Positions 1 to 12,483 of a stretch of 64,000 bases of DNA are shown in pieces. A model generated the notes under the pieces. That model ran no database searches, had not been told where the DNA came from, and was given only the letters and a program-made list of their open reading frames with translations. Every line of letters begins with the position of its first letter. Positions within the stretch are counted from its first letter, which is position 1. The stretch is taken from the NCBI GenBank assembly GCA_043228905.1, contig JBHGNT010000015.1, forward strand, positions 16,678,001 through 16,742,000, read 5' to 3'. This DNA comes from Azolla caroliniana. Its lineage: Eukaryota; Plantae; Polypodiophyta. Both the position numbers and the translations under genes were made by a program.

Positions 1-2058
1 TTGAAACTCCATGCACTACATGTATCGATATTGATGATGTCAATAAGGGAATAAAGAAGATGGCAAGTGGTAAAGCAGCAGATTCAACCTACGTCTCAAG
101 TGAGCTTTTAAAATGGACAATGCTACACACTCGTCATTGGATAATGACAATTTTAGAGCAAACTATAAAACAAGGATTTCCAAATGATTGGCTTATGAAT
201 TGGATTAAACCAATATTTAAAGCTGGAGATAGGAATCAAGTATCAAATTATCGTACAATAATGGTGAGCTCAACTATTGCTAAATTATATAGCACTATTA
301 TGGAGCAAAAGATAAGCATACAGGCTGAGAGTACAAGCAAAAGAGCACTTGGGCAAGCCGGATTTAGACCAAAACACTCCACCGTGGATCATTTGGTCAC
401 ATTAAGAGTAACCATGGAAGAGAGTCGACTACAAGGAAAAACACTTTATTGTTGTTTTGTTGATTTCAAGAAAGCTTTTGATACCGTACCACGAAGTGAG
501 CTTTGGAATAGAATGATAGACATTGACATGCCATTAGCGTACCGCGTTGCGGTTGCACGCCTATATGAACAAGTTAAATGCCAACTAAAAATGGATAGTG
601 GATTCTCAAAGCACTTCTTAAGTAACGTGGGGGTCAAGCAAGGATGTCCACTATCACCCACACTCTTTGGCTTATGTATTGATAAATTAGAAGAAGTGGT
701 GAATAAGGCCCCAATTTGATGCAACATGTTATCTTATTGCTTCTATATGCAGATGATGTGGTACTCTTCTCGTATGATGTTGATAGTATGCAACATTTAC
801 TTGGGGTATTAGAAGAATTTTGCCATAGTAGTGGACTAGCAGTGAATGTGGAGAAAACAAAAGTGATGGTAGTGCAAACCATCCAACCTCATCATTACCC
901 TATGCTCACATATAAAGGTGAACATATACAATTTGTTCAAAGCTTTAAATATCTTGGGATTGATGTACCCGCCACAAATAAATGGAGTGCATGCTTGGAT
1001 TCTAGACTCCAAGCCGATTGGAAATCATATTACCTTTTGGAGAACCAATGCAACCAAAGTGATACTTGTGGATGGGAAGTAAAACTAATTTTGTTCAATG
1101 CTATGGTAACTCAAGTATTGCTTTATGTAGTAGAAGTATGGGGTGGCACCATCTCTCTTAATGCATGGAACGAGATTGAGAAAATTCAAAAGATGTTTTT
1201 AAGGAGGCAATTAGGAGTTAAATGTACTACCTCTTACCAGGTTATGCTTGGAAATGGGTGTTCGACCCATAGAACTATTAGCACTCCAAAGAGTATATAA
1301 ATACATTACGAAAGTCAAGAATATGTTGAATCATCGATTACCACATCTTGCTTGGAATGTTGGATGTAAGCTACAAAAGAATCATAAAAGTAAGATTCTC
1401 TCATCTGGTTGGGTTGTTGACATGAGGAAATGGTTTAGAAGATGGGGTTTGGATGATCTTTTAGAGCTTTCAGGCAATGTTATGCAATATGTAATGATTT
1501 AGGAAAGGTTGGTGGAATCATTAAGGATGAAGTGGGAGGATGCTAAGAGGACAAAGCTAGAATACTACATTGCAAATGTCAACCCTGAATGTTGGTCTCA
1601 ATATAAAGCAAGAATGTCTATTGATCGTATCCAACCTTATCTCATTACTAATATGAGTAGTAATGCTCGTAGAGCCCTTACACTACTTCACACTCGATCT
1701 CACAAGTTAGGTATTGAAGTTGCATCATGGTATCAAAATGTAATGAATTTGAAGACATGTAAAGTATGCAATGAAGGCATGGTGGAGGATGGATGTCACT
1801 TGCTCGACATATAGTGCAATTCGTTCAAGATATGTTGACATACTAAGAGGGAGTGATAACTTAAGTGCCATACTTAAGACACCACCTAGAAGGTTGAGCT
1901 CATATGTTTATGCTTTACTAACACATAGAGACTTTGTGCTTCAACATATGAATACCCCTTCTTAGGAAGGAGACATATATCAAGAACACATGTATACTCT
2001 GGTCCCATAGGTCAAAATTGGCCTCTTTATGGACGATAAAAATTCTAATTCTAATTCT

Positions 2059-2062
<4 letters not shown>
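1..2062 (+). mobile_element. Degenerate non-LTR retrotransposon (LINE copy 1, RTE/RTE-X-like), 5' part outside window
   Basis: Frameshifted RT ORFs 60-719, 716-1300, 1248-1965 with QAGFR, FVDFKKAFD, GVKQGCPLSP, LLYADD and FKYLG motifs; C-terminal CKVC..H zinc-knuckle remnant; ends in (AATTCT)n then (CT)n. Confidence 0.85.

Positions 2063-2106
<44 letters not shown>
2040..2106 (+). repeat. (AATTCT)3 + (CT)n microsatellite, tail of LINE copy 1
   Basis: Seen directly. Confidence 0.95.
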
Positions 2107-2109
<3 letters not shown>

Positions 2110-5039
2110 GGAATTGCAATGGATACCCATGGAATGCGGGATTTGGCATAGAGGAGTTCACCGATGACTCGGATATCACACTTCTTGTTGAAACATGGGA
2201 GCATGATACTCAAGGGATTCAAGGTTTAGGTAACTATAATGTACACTCTTTGATATGAAGAAAAATCCAAGACAAAGAAGAGGACAAGGAGGGGTGGCAT
2301 GTTTGATTAAGAAGGAAATAGAGAAATATGTGTCAATCATAAAAAATGATGAAAATAAATGCTACATATGGCTCAAAATAGAAACACCTAATGATTTGCC
2401 CACTTTTGTAGTTGGATGTTACATTCCTCATCAAGATTCTATTTTTTATGCTTGTTTGGATAAAGATTAACCGTTTGCCAATCCAGAAGATAATATTGCT
2501 TATTTCAAATCCAAAGGGGAAGTTATTGTCTTTGGTGACATGAATGCTCGTACAAGAACTTTTCAACTTGATTCACAAGAATCTTTCATGCCACATATCT
2601 CAAGGATGCAAGAGGATATGCAAATGTATAGCCGCACTTCTAGCGATGAAAAAGATCCGGACGAATTTGGGAAGTTACTCCTACAAATGTGCAATAGTAC
2701 CGGATTGCTTATTGCAAATGGTATTTCCTTATGGCCCAACACTAATGGTTTTACATGTAGAAAACACAACGGAAATAGTCTGATTGACTATGTGCTACTT
2801 TCCGAAGGTATTTTGGATCGTATACATAAATTCACACTTGGTGAATGGACACCGGAATCCGATCATAGGCCTTTATGTATTGATCTCAAATGTATGCATA
2901 GGTTTGATTGTGAGAAGGCTATTGAAGATAATAAACAACCACACTTGAGCATGAACCTTAATCGAGCACCCATGTATTCCAAGATGGTTGAGGATATGTT
3001 ACAAATGACAAAGATACAACATGGTGCCACACTAGAATGCAAATGGGAAGCTTTCAAGAAAGTCATTCTCTCCTATACAAACAAATGTTTTTCGACCAAC
3101 CGCACATCTTGGAAATACACCAAGAAACTTAGGAAAAAATGGTTTGATAAAGAATGTCGTGAAGCTCGAAAGTGCCTTATGGTTTTGGATGTAGTTAAGG
3201 ATAAAGAGAGTTACCAAATGCATTTGCATGAGTATAAAAGGATAATTCAAAGAAAGAGAAGAATATGGGAAGTTACTCAACAATTTATCCAAACGCAAGA
3301 GAAAGCACATGCATGTGTTAAATTTTGGGGAAATCTAAAGGGGAAACGTGTTGAGAGTTATGATGACTTAACTCTTCACGACTTGTCTATGCATTGTAAG
3401 AATTTATATGAGTTATCTCTTGCCGGAAAGATGATGTGTTATGGTTCTCTTTCACATATGCCTCCCTTCTTTACAATTGAAGATATATGCATAGGACTTA
3501 AGAAATTGGCCTCTCGAAAGGCAAGCGATCTTCAATGTATAAAGGCTAAAATGCTCAAATGGACGGGAAAGGAAGCACATATATGGATTAGAGATATGTT
3601 TAATGATGCATTGCAACATGGTATGCCGTACGATTGGACTACAAATTGGATCAAACCTTTACATAAAGGTGGAGATATAAATAATGTAAACAACTATTGA
3701 ACCATCATGGTTGGCTCATTAATGGCAAAACTATTTGGATGTATAATGGAATCAAAGATAAGTCTATGGGCTGAAAAAAGTGGTAAGAGAGCTTATGGAC
3801 AAGCTGGCTTTAAGAAACACCATAGCACCATTGATCACCTTATCATCCTTCGAGTATTAATGGAGGAAAGTCGCCTTAGAGGTAAAGGTTTATATTGTTG
3901 CTTTGTAGACTTCAAGAAAGCTTTTATTATGGTACCTCATGAGCATCTTTGGAGGCAAATGGAAGAACTTGAGGTGCCAAATGAATATATGCTTGCAATT
4001 TCCCGAATTTATGAGAAGGTTATATGTTGTGTGCGCATGAGAGATAAACTTTCAGATTTTTTCAAAAGCACTATTGGTGTTAAGCAAGGATGCCCACTCT
4101 CATCAACACTATTTGGTCTATGGGGTGGAAGTATGGGGCGGTAGCATCCCTAAATCTATGTGGAAAGAGTTTGAAAATGTCCAAAAACATTTTCCTACAA
4201 AGTTTCTACAAGTTAAGAAACAAACACCCTACACCCTCCTCCTCCTTGAGACGGGATTGCTTCCCATTGAGATCATGGCCATGGAAAGGGTTGTTGAATA
4301 CATGCTTAAGGTTCAAAAAAGTCCCTCACATCGACTTCCTAGAATTGCGTGGGAAGCAAGCAAAAAGATCCAAAAGACGCATAAAAGCAAAATTTTGTGT
4401 TCCGGTTTGATGCAAGATATAGAAAAATGGTTTGGTAGATGGGATGCGAGACACTTGCTTCATGATGCATCATTAGATTCCTCTGTAAATGAGGCCTTTT
4501 TGCAACGCCAATGTATCATGACATGGGACAAATGTGGAGGCTCGCGCTTCACACATTATACTACAGATGTTGCACCTAACTACAGAACCATATTCTTTGT
4601 GGAACGAGGAAATCGTACACATCGATACATGTTAGAGCCCATACTGTTATCTGCCATTCGAACCATTGCTTCCATGCGACTTAGCTCATATGCATTGCGA
4701 TGTGAAACAAGGCGATGGGGCACAAGTGATGAGAGTGGTCGTCTATGCACACTTTGCACTAAACAAGTTCGCAAGTCTGAGTATCACACTTTGATACAAT
4801 GCTCTGCCTTTGATCATATTCGACCATGCTTTCCACATCTCTTCGACCGAGCCCAATCTTTGCATGAATTCCTCTCACAACCAGAATGTGCACTCTCGAT
4901 TGCAACATTCATTGGTAAAATTCTTGAACATCGAGAGTCACTACTCACTTTCACAAGTATGACATGAAATGTAATATTTTTGGTCTCATAGGTCATATTT
5001 GACCTTCAAAGACGATAATATAATCTATCTATCTATCTC
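2104..5039 (+). mobile_element. Degenerate LINE copy 2 (APE endonuclease + RT + CCHC), internally deleted in RT
   Basis: Begins at the FWNCNG APE N-terminal motif; GDMNART, SLIDY, SDH endonuclease motifs (2540-3700); RT motifs 3707-4144; RLCTLC..EYHTLIQC knuckle (4074-4967); (ATCT)n tail at about 5024-5039. Confidence 0.88.
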
Positions 5040-5390
5040 GATAAAAGCACACAATTATATTAATTGTATGTAAAATCCACTTAGTTACAACACTTCTTAG
5101 TCTCCTCTACCTATCATATGCCTATGTAGGGAGAGGGACATCCTGTAATGTTATTAAAAACTTGAATATGCATTTGAGGAAATGATCCCCACATGCAACA
5201 TCCAAAAATTCCACATGAGAATACCTTTCAGCTTCTTTATATAGGCTTTCACCCCATGTCTATTATCAAACATGAAAGCATTACGCATATTCCAATTTTG
5301 TTGTAGACCCCAATAACGAAAAAATTGGAACAATATCTCCATCTCATCATTTGAACCATTTTGAACATATTGAGAAAAAACCCATTGTTA

Positions 5391-5393
<3 letters not shown>

Positions 5394-5428
<35 letters not shown>
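5394..5428 (+). repeat. (CT)n microsatellite
   Basis: Seen directly. Confidence 0.95.
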
Positions 5429-5431
<3 letters not shown>

Positions 5432-6040
5432 TTGTTTTTGTTTTTCTTCTTCTTCTTCTTTTCTCTGTCTCTCTCTCATTTCGATGGTTGATGTCTCTCA
5501 TAGAATGGCTTTGGTGGAGGGAAGGCAATTTGACTCTTTCAAGGACCCAAAGAATTGGTTAAGTAAAGAAATTTGTGTTTGAAGGGTATTCTGGTAAATA
5601 GGGCTTGTAGATTTGAGTGTATAATTACTTTATAAAGTGTATTTTTTTGGACATAGGGGTAGTTTGGTAAATTTAAAACTTTTAGGGGCATTCTGGTAAA
5701 TAGACGAACTTCCAGGGGTATCCTAGTACTTTTCCCTTGAAAATATTAAATGGGTAGCAATATTCTTTCCCAATCATAGAGAACTTTATTGATAACTCAA
5801 AATGATAAAGTTGGGTCACTGAAACATTTGACATGTTAGAAAACCTTGGGTGGACTTTTTGGATTATCGTAATAGATATGCCCTCATACACTAGGAGATC
5901 ACACTCAATGCATTTGGAAGATGCAAGTAGATGGCTCATAGACAATTTATCTAAACTTGGTGAAGTGATTGAAAAAAATATTTTCGATATTCTAGCGAAG
6001 CAACGTTGGAAGTATTTTTAGCAAAAGATTGAGTTGAGGG

Positions 6041-6349
6041 TCATTTGAGGTTGGATGTGGTACTATGCCAATAATTAGATATTAGAATTTTTTAGGATGA
6101 ACAACTTATTTAATAGCATCACTAACACGGTCATTTCATCTTTTAGTCAATCGCATAGCCTTTCTAAAGTGATAATTGAAATATGCTGGCAACTTCATCT
6201 GAGGTTGGATGTGATACAATGCCAATAATTAGATATTAGAATTCTTTAGGATGAACGACTTATTTAATAGCATCAGTAACATAGTCACTTCATCTTTTAG
6301 TCTATCGCATAGCCTTTGTAAAGTGATAATTGAAATATGTTGGCAACTT
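6041..6349. repeat. Two-copy 154-bp tandem duplication
   Basis: TCAT(T/C)TGAGGTTGGATGTG...TGGCAACTT starts at 6041 and 6195. Confidence 0.92.
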
Positions 6350-6543
6350 AAATCTAATGGTATCAAGGCCAAACATTCAAGAATTCATTTCTTGTGAAGC
6401 TTCTTGGTTGCTCGAATTTTCTAGGACTCTTTTGTTTCATGCTTTCATCCATCAACCTTTGAATTATGAAGTTGAAACTAGTGCAAACTAAGTGTTGGTC
6501 GTCTAGCAAGTGTTGTAAATAAATTGTACGATTCAACTACCTA

Positions 6544-6867
6544 TAATTATAAACTGGTGACGGTCACTACATTTACATGATAGACTATGTGCAAAAACAT
6601 TTAAATAAAAGTTGTAGAATATATACTAGGTTTCAAAGTCAAGGATTCTAGTAGACCACTTCGTGACCCATACGGGACAAGTAAACCCTAAATCCAAAGA
6701 TGTGCTCTTCCCAATAATCTAATGCGAGAGAGAGAGAGAGAGAGAGAATTATTGAGAGGCCAAACTTCTACTACCATTCATTCATGTCCCCTTGGGTGGG
6801 GTTATATAGGTACATTACATGAGGGTCACAATCCAAGAACATCCAATGAGGCTTTTAGGTAAGTTAC
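6544..6867 (-). mobile_element. Solo LTR H (about 338 bp), split by element A; remaining 14 bp at 50464-50477
   Basis: Removing A rejoins a segment flanked by ACCTA (6539-6543 and 50478-50482); on the minus strand it starts TGTTAG and contains CCTATATAA and a (CT)n tract. Confidence 0.65.
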
Positions 6868-7308
6868 TGTTACCTAGCCGACAAAGGAGTTAAAGACCAG
6901 AATGTGAAAGGGATTGTTTATTCGGAATCTACTTTAATTAAGTTGTTTATGAGACGTGAACGGACGGACGGAATCGGTATGTCGATCCGGATCCGAACTG
7001 GTTCTGAACAGGTGCTGGTTGGCACCGTTTTGTATTCAGTACCGGTGACCTATATAAAAGGCCGGTGACAATGTAAAACTTTGATGGATAATTAATAGAG
7101 CTTCTTGTTTTATCTTTAAGTGTTGATTACCGTTCTATACTAATTGTTCTATCATACGTGTGTATCGAATCTAATGCCATATTGCTAAGTAACCAATTAA
7201 TTCTGATTAATCGTTGTGTCTTAAGTTATCTCGCCGTAACACCCCTTTGGTGAAGTGTCTTTCGTAGACACCCTGTGTTAGGCCATTGTCCGGCCCTAAG
7301 GAATAACA
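6868..7308 (+). repeat. 5' LTR of A
   Basis: TGTTA...TAACA; about 30 differences from the 3' LTR, mostly transitions. Confidence 0.93.
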
Positions 7309-7315
7309 CAGTTTT

Positions 7316-7325
7316 TGGCGACCAC
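7316..7325 (+). other. PBS of A (tRNA-Arg-like)
   Basis: TGGCGACCAC just downstream of the LTR; resembles the complement of the plant tRNA-Arg(TCG) 3' end. Confidence 0.6.
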
Positions 7326-7363
7326 GATTCCTGCACAATCGCAATGAACAACGGCGGGAATGG

Positions 7364-9409
7364 ATGACTAGAGCAACGATCGACCCGGTTACGGAGCAAG
7401 CAAGGAGACTTACTGAACGGTTGAGGAAGCGAGAGGCTTTCCAGCAAGCGGCAGAAGAAATCAGAACGGATCGCTCATTTTCCAAGGAGATCCGGAGAGT
7501 GGCGAAGGAGTCACTTGGTTTACAACAAAACGACTACCCGAACGAAGGAAGCAGCCTAAGCAGCCTTCGGGAAGCGGAATCCCTTCTCCAGGCATTGGCA
7601 GTGGATGAAGGCGAATCCAAAGCATTTTCGGCTTTTGAATCGGATTCGGAAGAGGAATACAACGCGCATACGAACTACCGCAGTAGTAACGACACCCCAA
7701 ACGGACCAGAGGAAGAGAAGTTGGATACCTTGCCAACACCGGAACCAGAATTGACAAGGCTAGAACCTCCGGCACCGGAAGTCGAGCACACTCTGGAACC
7801 AGAAGTTGAGGAAGAGAGACCTCTGACACCGGAAGTCGAGGAGGAGAGGCCTCCAACACCGAAAGAGGAGCAGGAACGACCTCCGACACCAACAGAAGAG
7901 CGGGAAAGACCTCTGACGCCGACAAAGGAGGAGGAAAGACCGCCGACACCACCAGTCCGCGTACCGACACCATACGATGATATGCCGTTCCAATATCCCA
8001 GATACCCAGATGATCCGGACGTGGAAGCCCACGTCCATGCGTTTCAGCAGACCTGGGAGGCAAACCGTGTGTCCCAACACTTAAATGCGGTCGAGGAGGA
8101 ACGCTCAAAAAGGGCAGAGTTTGGCATGACCCTGGAGGGACCGGCCACTAGATGACACCGAACACAAGATCCCAACACCATCCCCATGTTTGAAACATTA
8201 AAGACCAAATTATTGCATTTCTTTCACAAGGAGATGGACCAACGGGAAATGGTAGGCTTATTTTACAGTATCCGGCAGGAACCAACGGAGAACATTCAAC
8301 AATTTGTCATCCGGTTCCAGTGGATGCACAGTTAGCTTAGCCAGACACCACCGGAGGAAGAAACAAAGGCCATATTCTTAGCAGCACTCCGGGAACCCTT
8401 ACGAACGGTGTGCACCGTCATTGATTTCCGCACCAGCAACATAGATCAAGTGATCGACCGAGTTCGGGAAATGGAAAACTCAAGTTCATGGTTAACCATG
8501 GGCGCACTTCAGCGTGCACTACCGACAAATGAGGACCTCCGCTTCCGGCAAGCAATTCAATGTACGACATGCCTGAATGCCAGACATTCAGCGCTAGAAT
8601 GCACCATGCATTCCCAATGCTTGCTCTGCCACTCTAGAAGTCACACAATGGAACAGTGTGAGTATAACTTGTTAAATCGGCAAGCACCACCGGTCCGGCA
8701 AATTGAACCACTTAGCAATCGGGAGGAAGAAGATGAACGCTGGTGGCGAGAGGAGCGCTACCGGCCGACACAAGATGTCCGGTTCAGCGATCGAAGAGAC
8801 TTTTATGACCGGTATGACAGACAAGATAGACAACCGGGGTCACTCCCCTGGTTACAACCAACGACGGGACGACTATGGCAAGTATGACGACCAGCCTCGT
8901 CAAGGTTACCGAAACAAAAAGAATTTCAACAAGAAATGTCATTTCAACAAAAAGGGGGTCATCCACGAGAACCGGAAAAGGGCGCTCCAAGCAGCCAACT
9001 GGACCAAAACCAAGCACTTACCACAGGACCTCAACCGGGTGCGGGCACAAACGCCGAATCCAGCAACACCCGGAAGGCGTACTGCTATTATTGCTAGCAG
9101 GAAGGCCACTATAATAACCAATGTCCGGCGAAGAGCTACGACAAGCGACCAACGGTGAACATGGTAGACGCAGAAGTCGCGGACGTACAACAAGTCACTA
9201 CAAGATCAAAAGGCAAAGCCATGGAGTGGGAAACTCAAGAAGCCATCCGGAAGCAGGTAACCAAATGGGTGAAGAAGGCAAATGAGCGGAATGCGGCAGA
9301 GCTCGAACAACAAAAGGAGAATGCCGAAGAGCTCACCGGCTTAGGGCAGCCCGAAAACCCAACATGGCAGGCGTTACAAGAATGCCAAATAACGTTGTTG
9401 TTAGGCTAG
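7364..9409 (+). pseudogene. gag: gag of A (stops and frameshifts), with Glu/Pro-rich repeats and zinc knuckles
   Basis: ORFs 7364-8155, 8408-8887, 9155-9409; CTTC..H..C and CLLC..H..C knuckles. Confidence 0.8.
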
Positions 9410-9412
9410 CTA

Positions 9413-12163
9413 TTGCAACTGGTACCACACTTCACAAAAGGACTGAAGACAGGAAGGACGGCAGCCGACACACCACCGGCTCCAGCTTTCTTTTCAAATC
9501 TGGAGGTAGGACCGGCGGTAGTAGACACGAGTAGTCCGGCAATCACAACCATCGTGAAAGGAAAAGAGCTACCCGACACGATTATGGATGGAGGATCCGG
9601 CGTGAACGTGATCAACCTCTGAACGTGTAACACTCTAGGAATCCATGACTGGGAACCATGCCCGTTTTGGCTTCGGATGGCGGACACAAGCTCAGTACGG
9701 CCGACCGGATTAATACGGAATCTGGAAGTGAGCATCGGGGGTCACACATTTCGCATTTTGGCAGTAGTTCTCTAGCTACAAGCTTAGGGAGCTTACCCAC
9801 TATTGTTGGGACGCCCTTGGTTAAAAACAACATACATCAAGAAAAACTGGAGGAAGAATATAATTACGTTCCGGCGTGGAAAAGCGAAAGTGCGAGTATC
9901 GACTCAACCACGGTCAAGTACCAGCAAGGAATTGACGCCGCTATATGCGGAATGTGTCAACATGCTGGAAGGATTGGCAGATGAAGAAGTCGATCAATAC
10001 TTACAGGAAAATCCGAAGATCGTACCTTTGTTCGAAATTGATGTAGCCGAAGCAGTATCACCGTACATACTACAACCGGACGGGACCAACGAGGAACTGG
10101 ATAAAGAAGCGATCCGGGAGTTACGACAAGCATAGGAGGCACTGGAAAGAGAAATGGCAGTGTCACAGCGCGTAAAAGCATCCCAACTAGAAGAGGTAAA
10201 CCTAGGTACCACAAAGGAGGCAAGACCGATTCACATCGCCAAGGAAATGACCCCGAAGAACAAAACAACAATGATCACACTCCTAAAAGAATTTTGCAAT
10301 GTGTTCGCCTGGTCCTATGAGAACATGTGGGGACTCGATCCTTAGTTGTATCAACACCAGATACATCTGAGTAAAGACGCCAAACCGGTAGCGCAACGGC
10401 GTTACCAGATGAACCCGAATTACGCAGCAAAAGTCAAAGAAGAAATTGACAAGTTGCTAAGGGTGGGCTTCATCCGATCGGTAAGAAAGCCACATGGCTC
10501 AGTCCGATAGTCGTAGTACCGAAAAAGAACGGTAAGATAAGAGTTTGCATCGACTACCGGAAATTGAATGCGGCTACGGTAACGGACGCCTTCCCACTTC
10601 CATTCACAGACGGAGTCCTGGATGCGGTAGCCGGTCATGAGGTGTACAGTTTTTAGGACGGTTTCAGCAGCTATAATCAGATCCGGATGCACCCCGACGA
10701 CCAGGAGAAAACCACTTTTGTCACTGAATGGGGAGTCTTTGTTGCCGTAGTTATGATGTTCGGACTGAAAATGGCGCCGGCAACCTTCTAGTGGATCATC
10801 ATGGAAATTTTTAGAGAATTCACTCTGGCATTCATGCAGGTGTTCTTGGACGACTTCGCTGTTTATAGCCGGAAAGGGGATCACCTTCAGCACCTCCGAC
10901 TATGTCTGGAGAAATGTAGGGTTTACCAACTAAGCCTTAACCCGACAAAATGCGTGTTCGGAGTGTCCAGCGGACCGTTACTTGGCCACATCGTGAGCAA
11001 GGACGGTATTGCAGTGGATCCGGACAAGGTCAAAGCTATTTTGGAGGCACCGGCACCAACCACGGCAAAGGCATTAAGCCGGTTCTTAGGACAAATTCGG
11101 TGGCATTGCCGAATGCTCCAGTATCTGGCAGACCTGGCTACGCCATTGCATGCCGCGGTACATCGGACACTGTTCCAATGGACGGACACAGAAGACCAGG
11201 CTTACCGGGCCCTAAAAGAGCTATTGGCACAAGCGCCGGTGGTGCAATCTCCGGATTGGTCTAAAGAGTTCCATGTGTTCGTTGACGCATCCGACATCGC
11301 AATCGGGAGCGCGCTTATGCAACTTACTGAACCTAAGTGGTACCGGCCAGTGTATTATGCCAGGCGGAAGCTGTCCCAAGCAGAACGTAATTATTCCACA
11401 ACGGAAAGGGAGGCCTTGGGCATGATGTACAGTGTCAGCAAGTTTAGACACTATCTGTTGGGAAGGAAATTTTCCTTTCACGTAGATCATTCGACGCTCC
11501 TCTATTTGGTGTCCAAAGCATCACTCACCGGTAAGCTAGCCCGGTGGATGTTACTATTACAAGAATTTGAGTTTGAGATATTCCACCGACCCGACATACA
11601 ACATGCGATAGCAGACTATTTGAGCCGGTTAGATTCCGGTGAAACCGGTGACGGCGTCCCAGACGATTTCCCGGATGCAGAGCTGTTTCGAGTCACAACA
11701 GAAACGACAACGAATGGTACGGTCACAGAGAAAGAAGGGTGGCTCACCAACATGCACCAATTTCTGAGCACCGGCTTACCTCCAGAGGAGATGAATAGAG
11801 ACGAGAGGAAACGCTTAGCGGTTCAAAGCCGGCACTTCTGTCTATTACAGGACACACTGTACCACAAAGGCGCAGATGGCATATGGCGGCGTGCAGTGCG
11901 CAGCGACGAAAAGGACATAATATTGTGCGAAGCACACTGCGGAGTGGCTGGAGGACATTATGCCGAAGACGCTACGGCAAGGAAAATATGGCAGAGTGGA
12001 CTATGGTGGCCAACAACATTGAAGGATGCAGTCTGGTACGCTAAAGAATGCGACCTATGTCAGCGAATGGGCCAACCAACCGAACAAGCCAAGATGCCTC
12101 ACCAACCCGTGCTACCGTTAGAACCATTTCAAAAATGGGGCTTGGATTTTGTCGGTCCATTCA
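9413..12163 (+). pseudogene. pol: pol of A, part 1 (PR, RT, RNase H, IN N-terminus)
   Basis: DGGSGVN protease, FLDD RT, DASD RNase H, HHCC zinc finger; WGLDFVGPF interrupted by B. Confidence 0.9.
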
Positions 12164-12444
12164 TGTTGAGAATCAAGCTCAACTTGGTCTAGTGTGTGAA
12201 CTCACCTTGAGAGTGAATTGACACTCCAACAATCAAGAGTCGCCAATTTGTATTCTAGCATTTAGTATGAGTCATAGAATCATATTCTATGACACATAAC
12301 TTATGAGCTTTCACATTCCCCATGCTCCATGAGTCTTGTAGTTAATGAAGAGAGAGGGTGACTATATAAAGCACCCTCCTCCCACCTTGTATGAGTTGAG
12401 TCTTTCTCCTTTGTTAATACAATCTACCTTGCATATACTCTATG

Positions 12445-12483
<39 letters not shown>

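Noticed and set aside
1918-2222. ORFs with ERERER or LSLSLS tracts (also 5249-5582, 50446-51122, 63443-63852)
   Set aside because: Translations of (CT)n/(GA)n microsatellites
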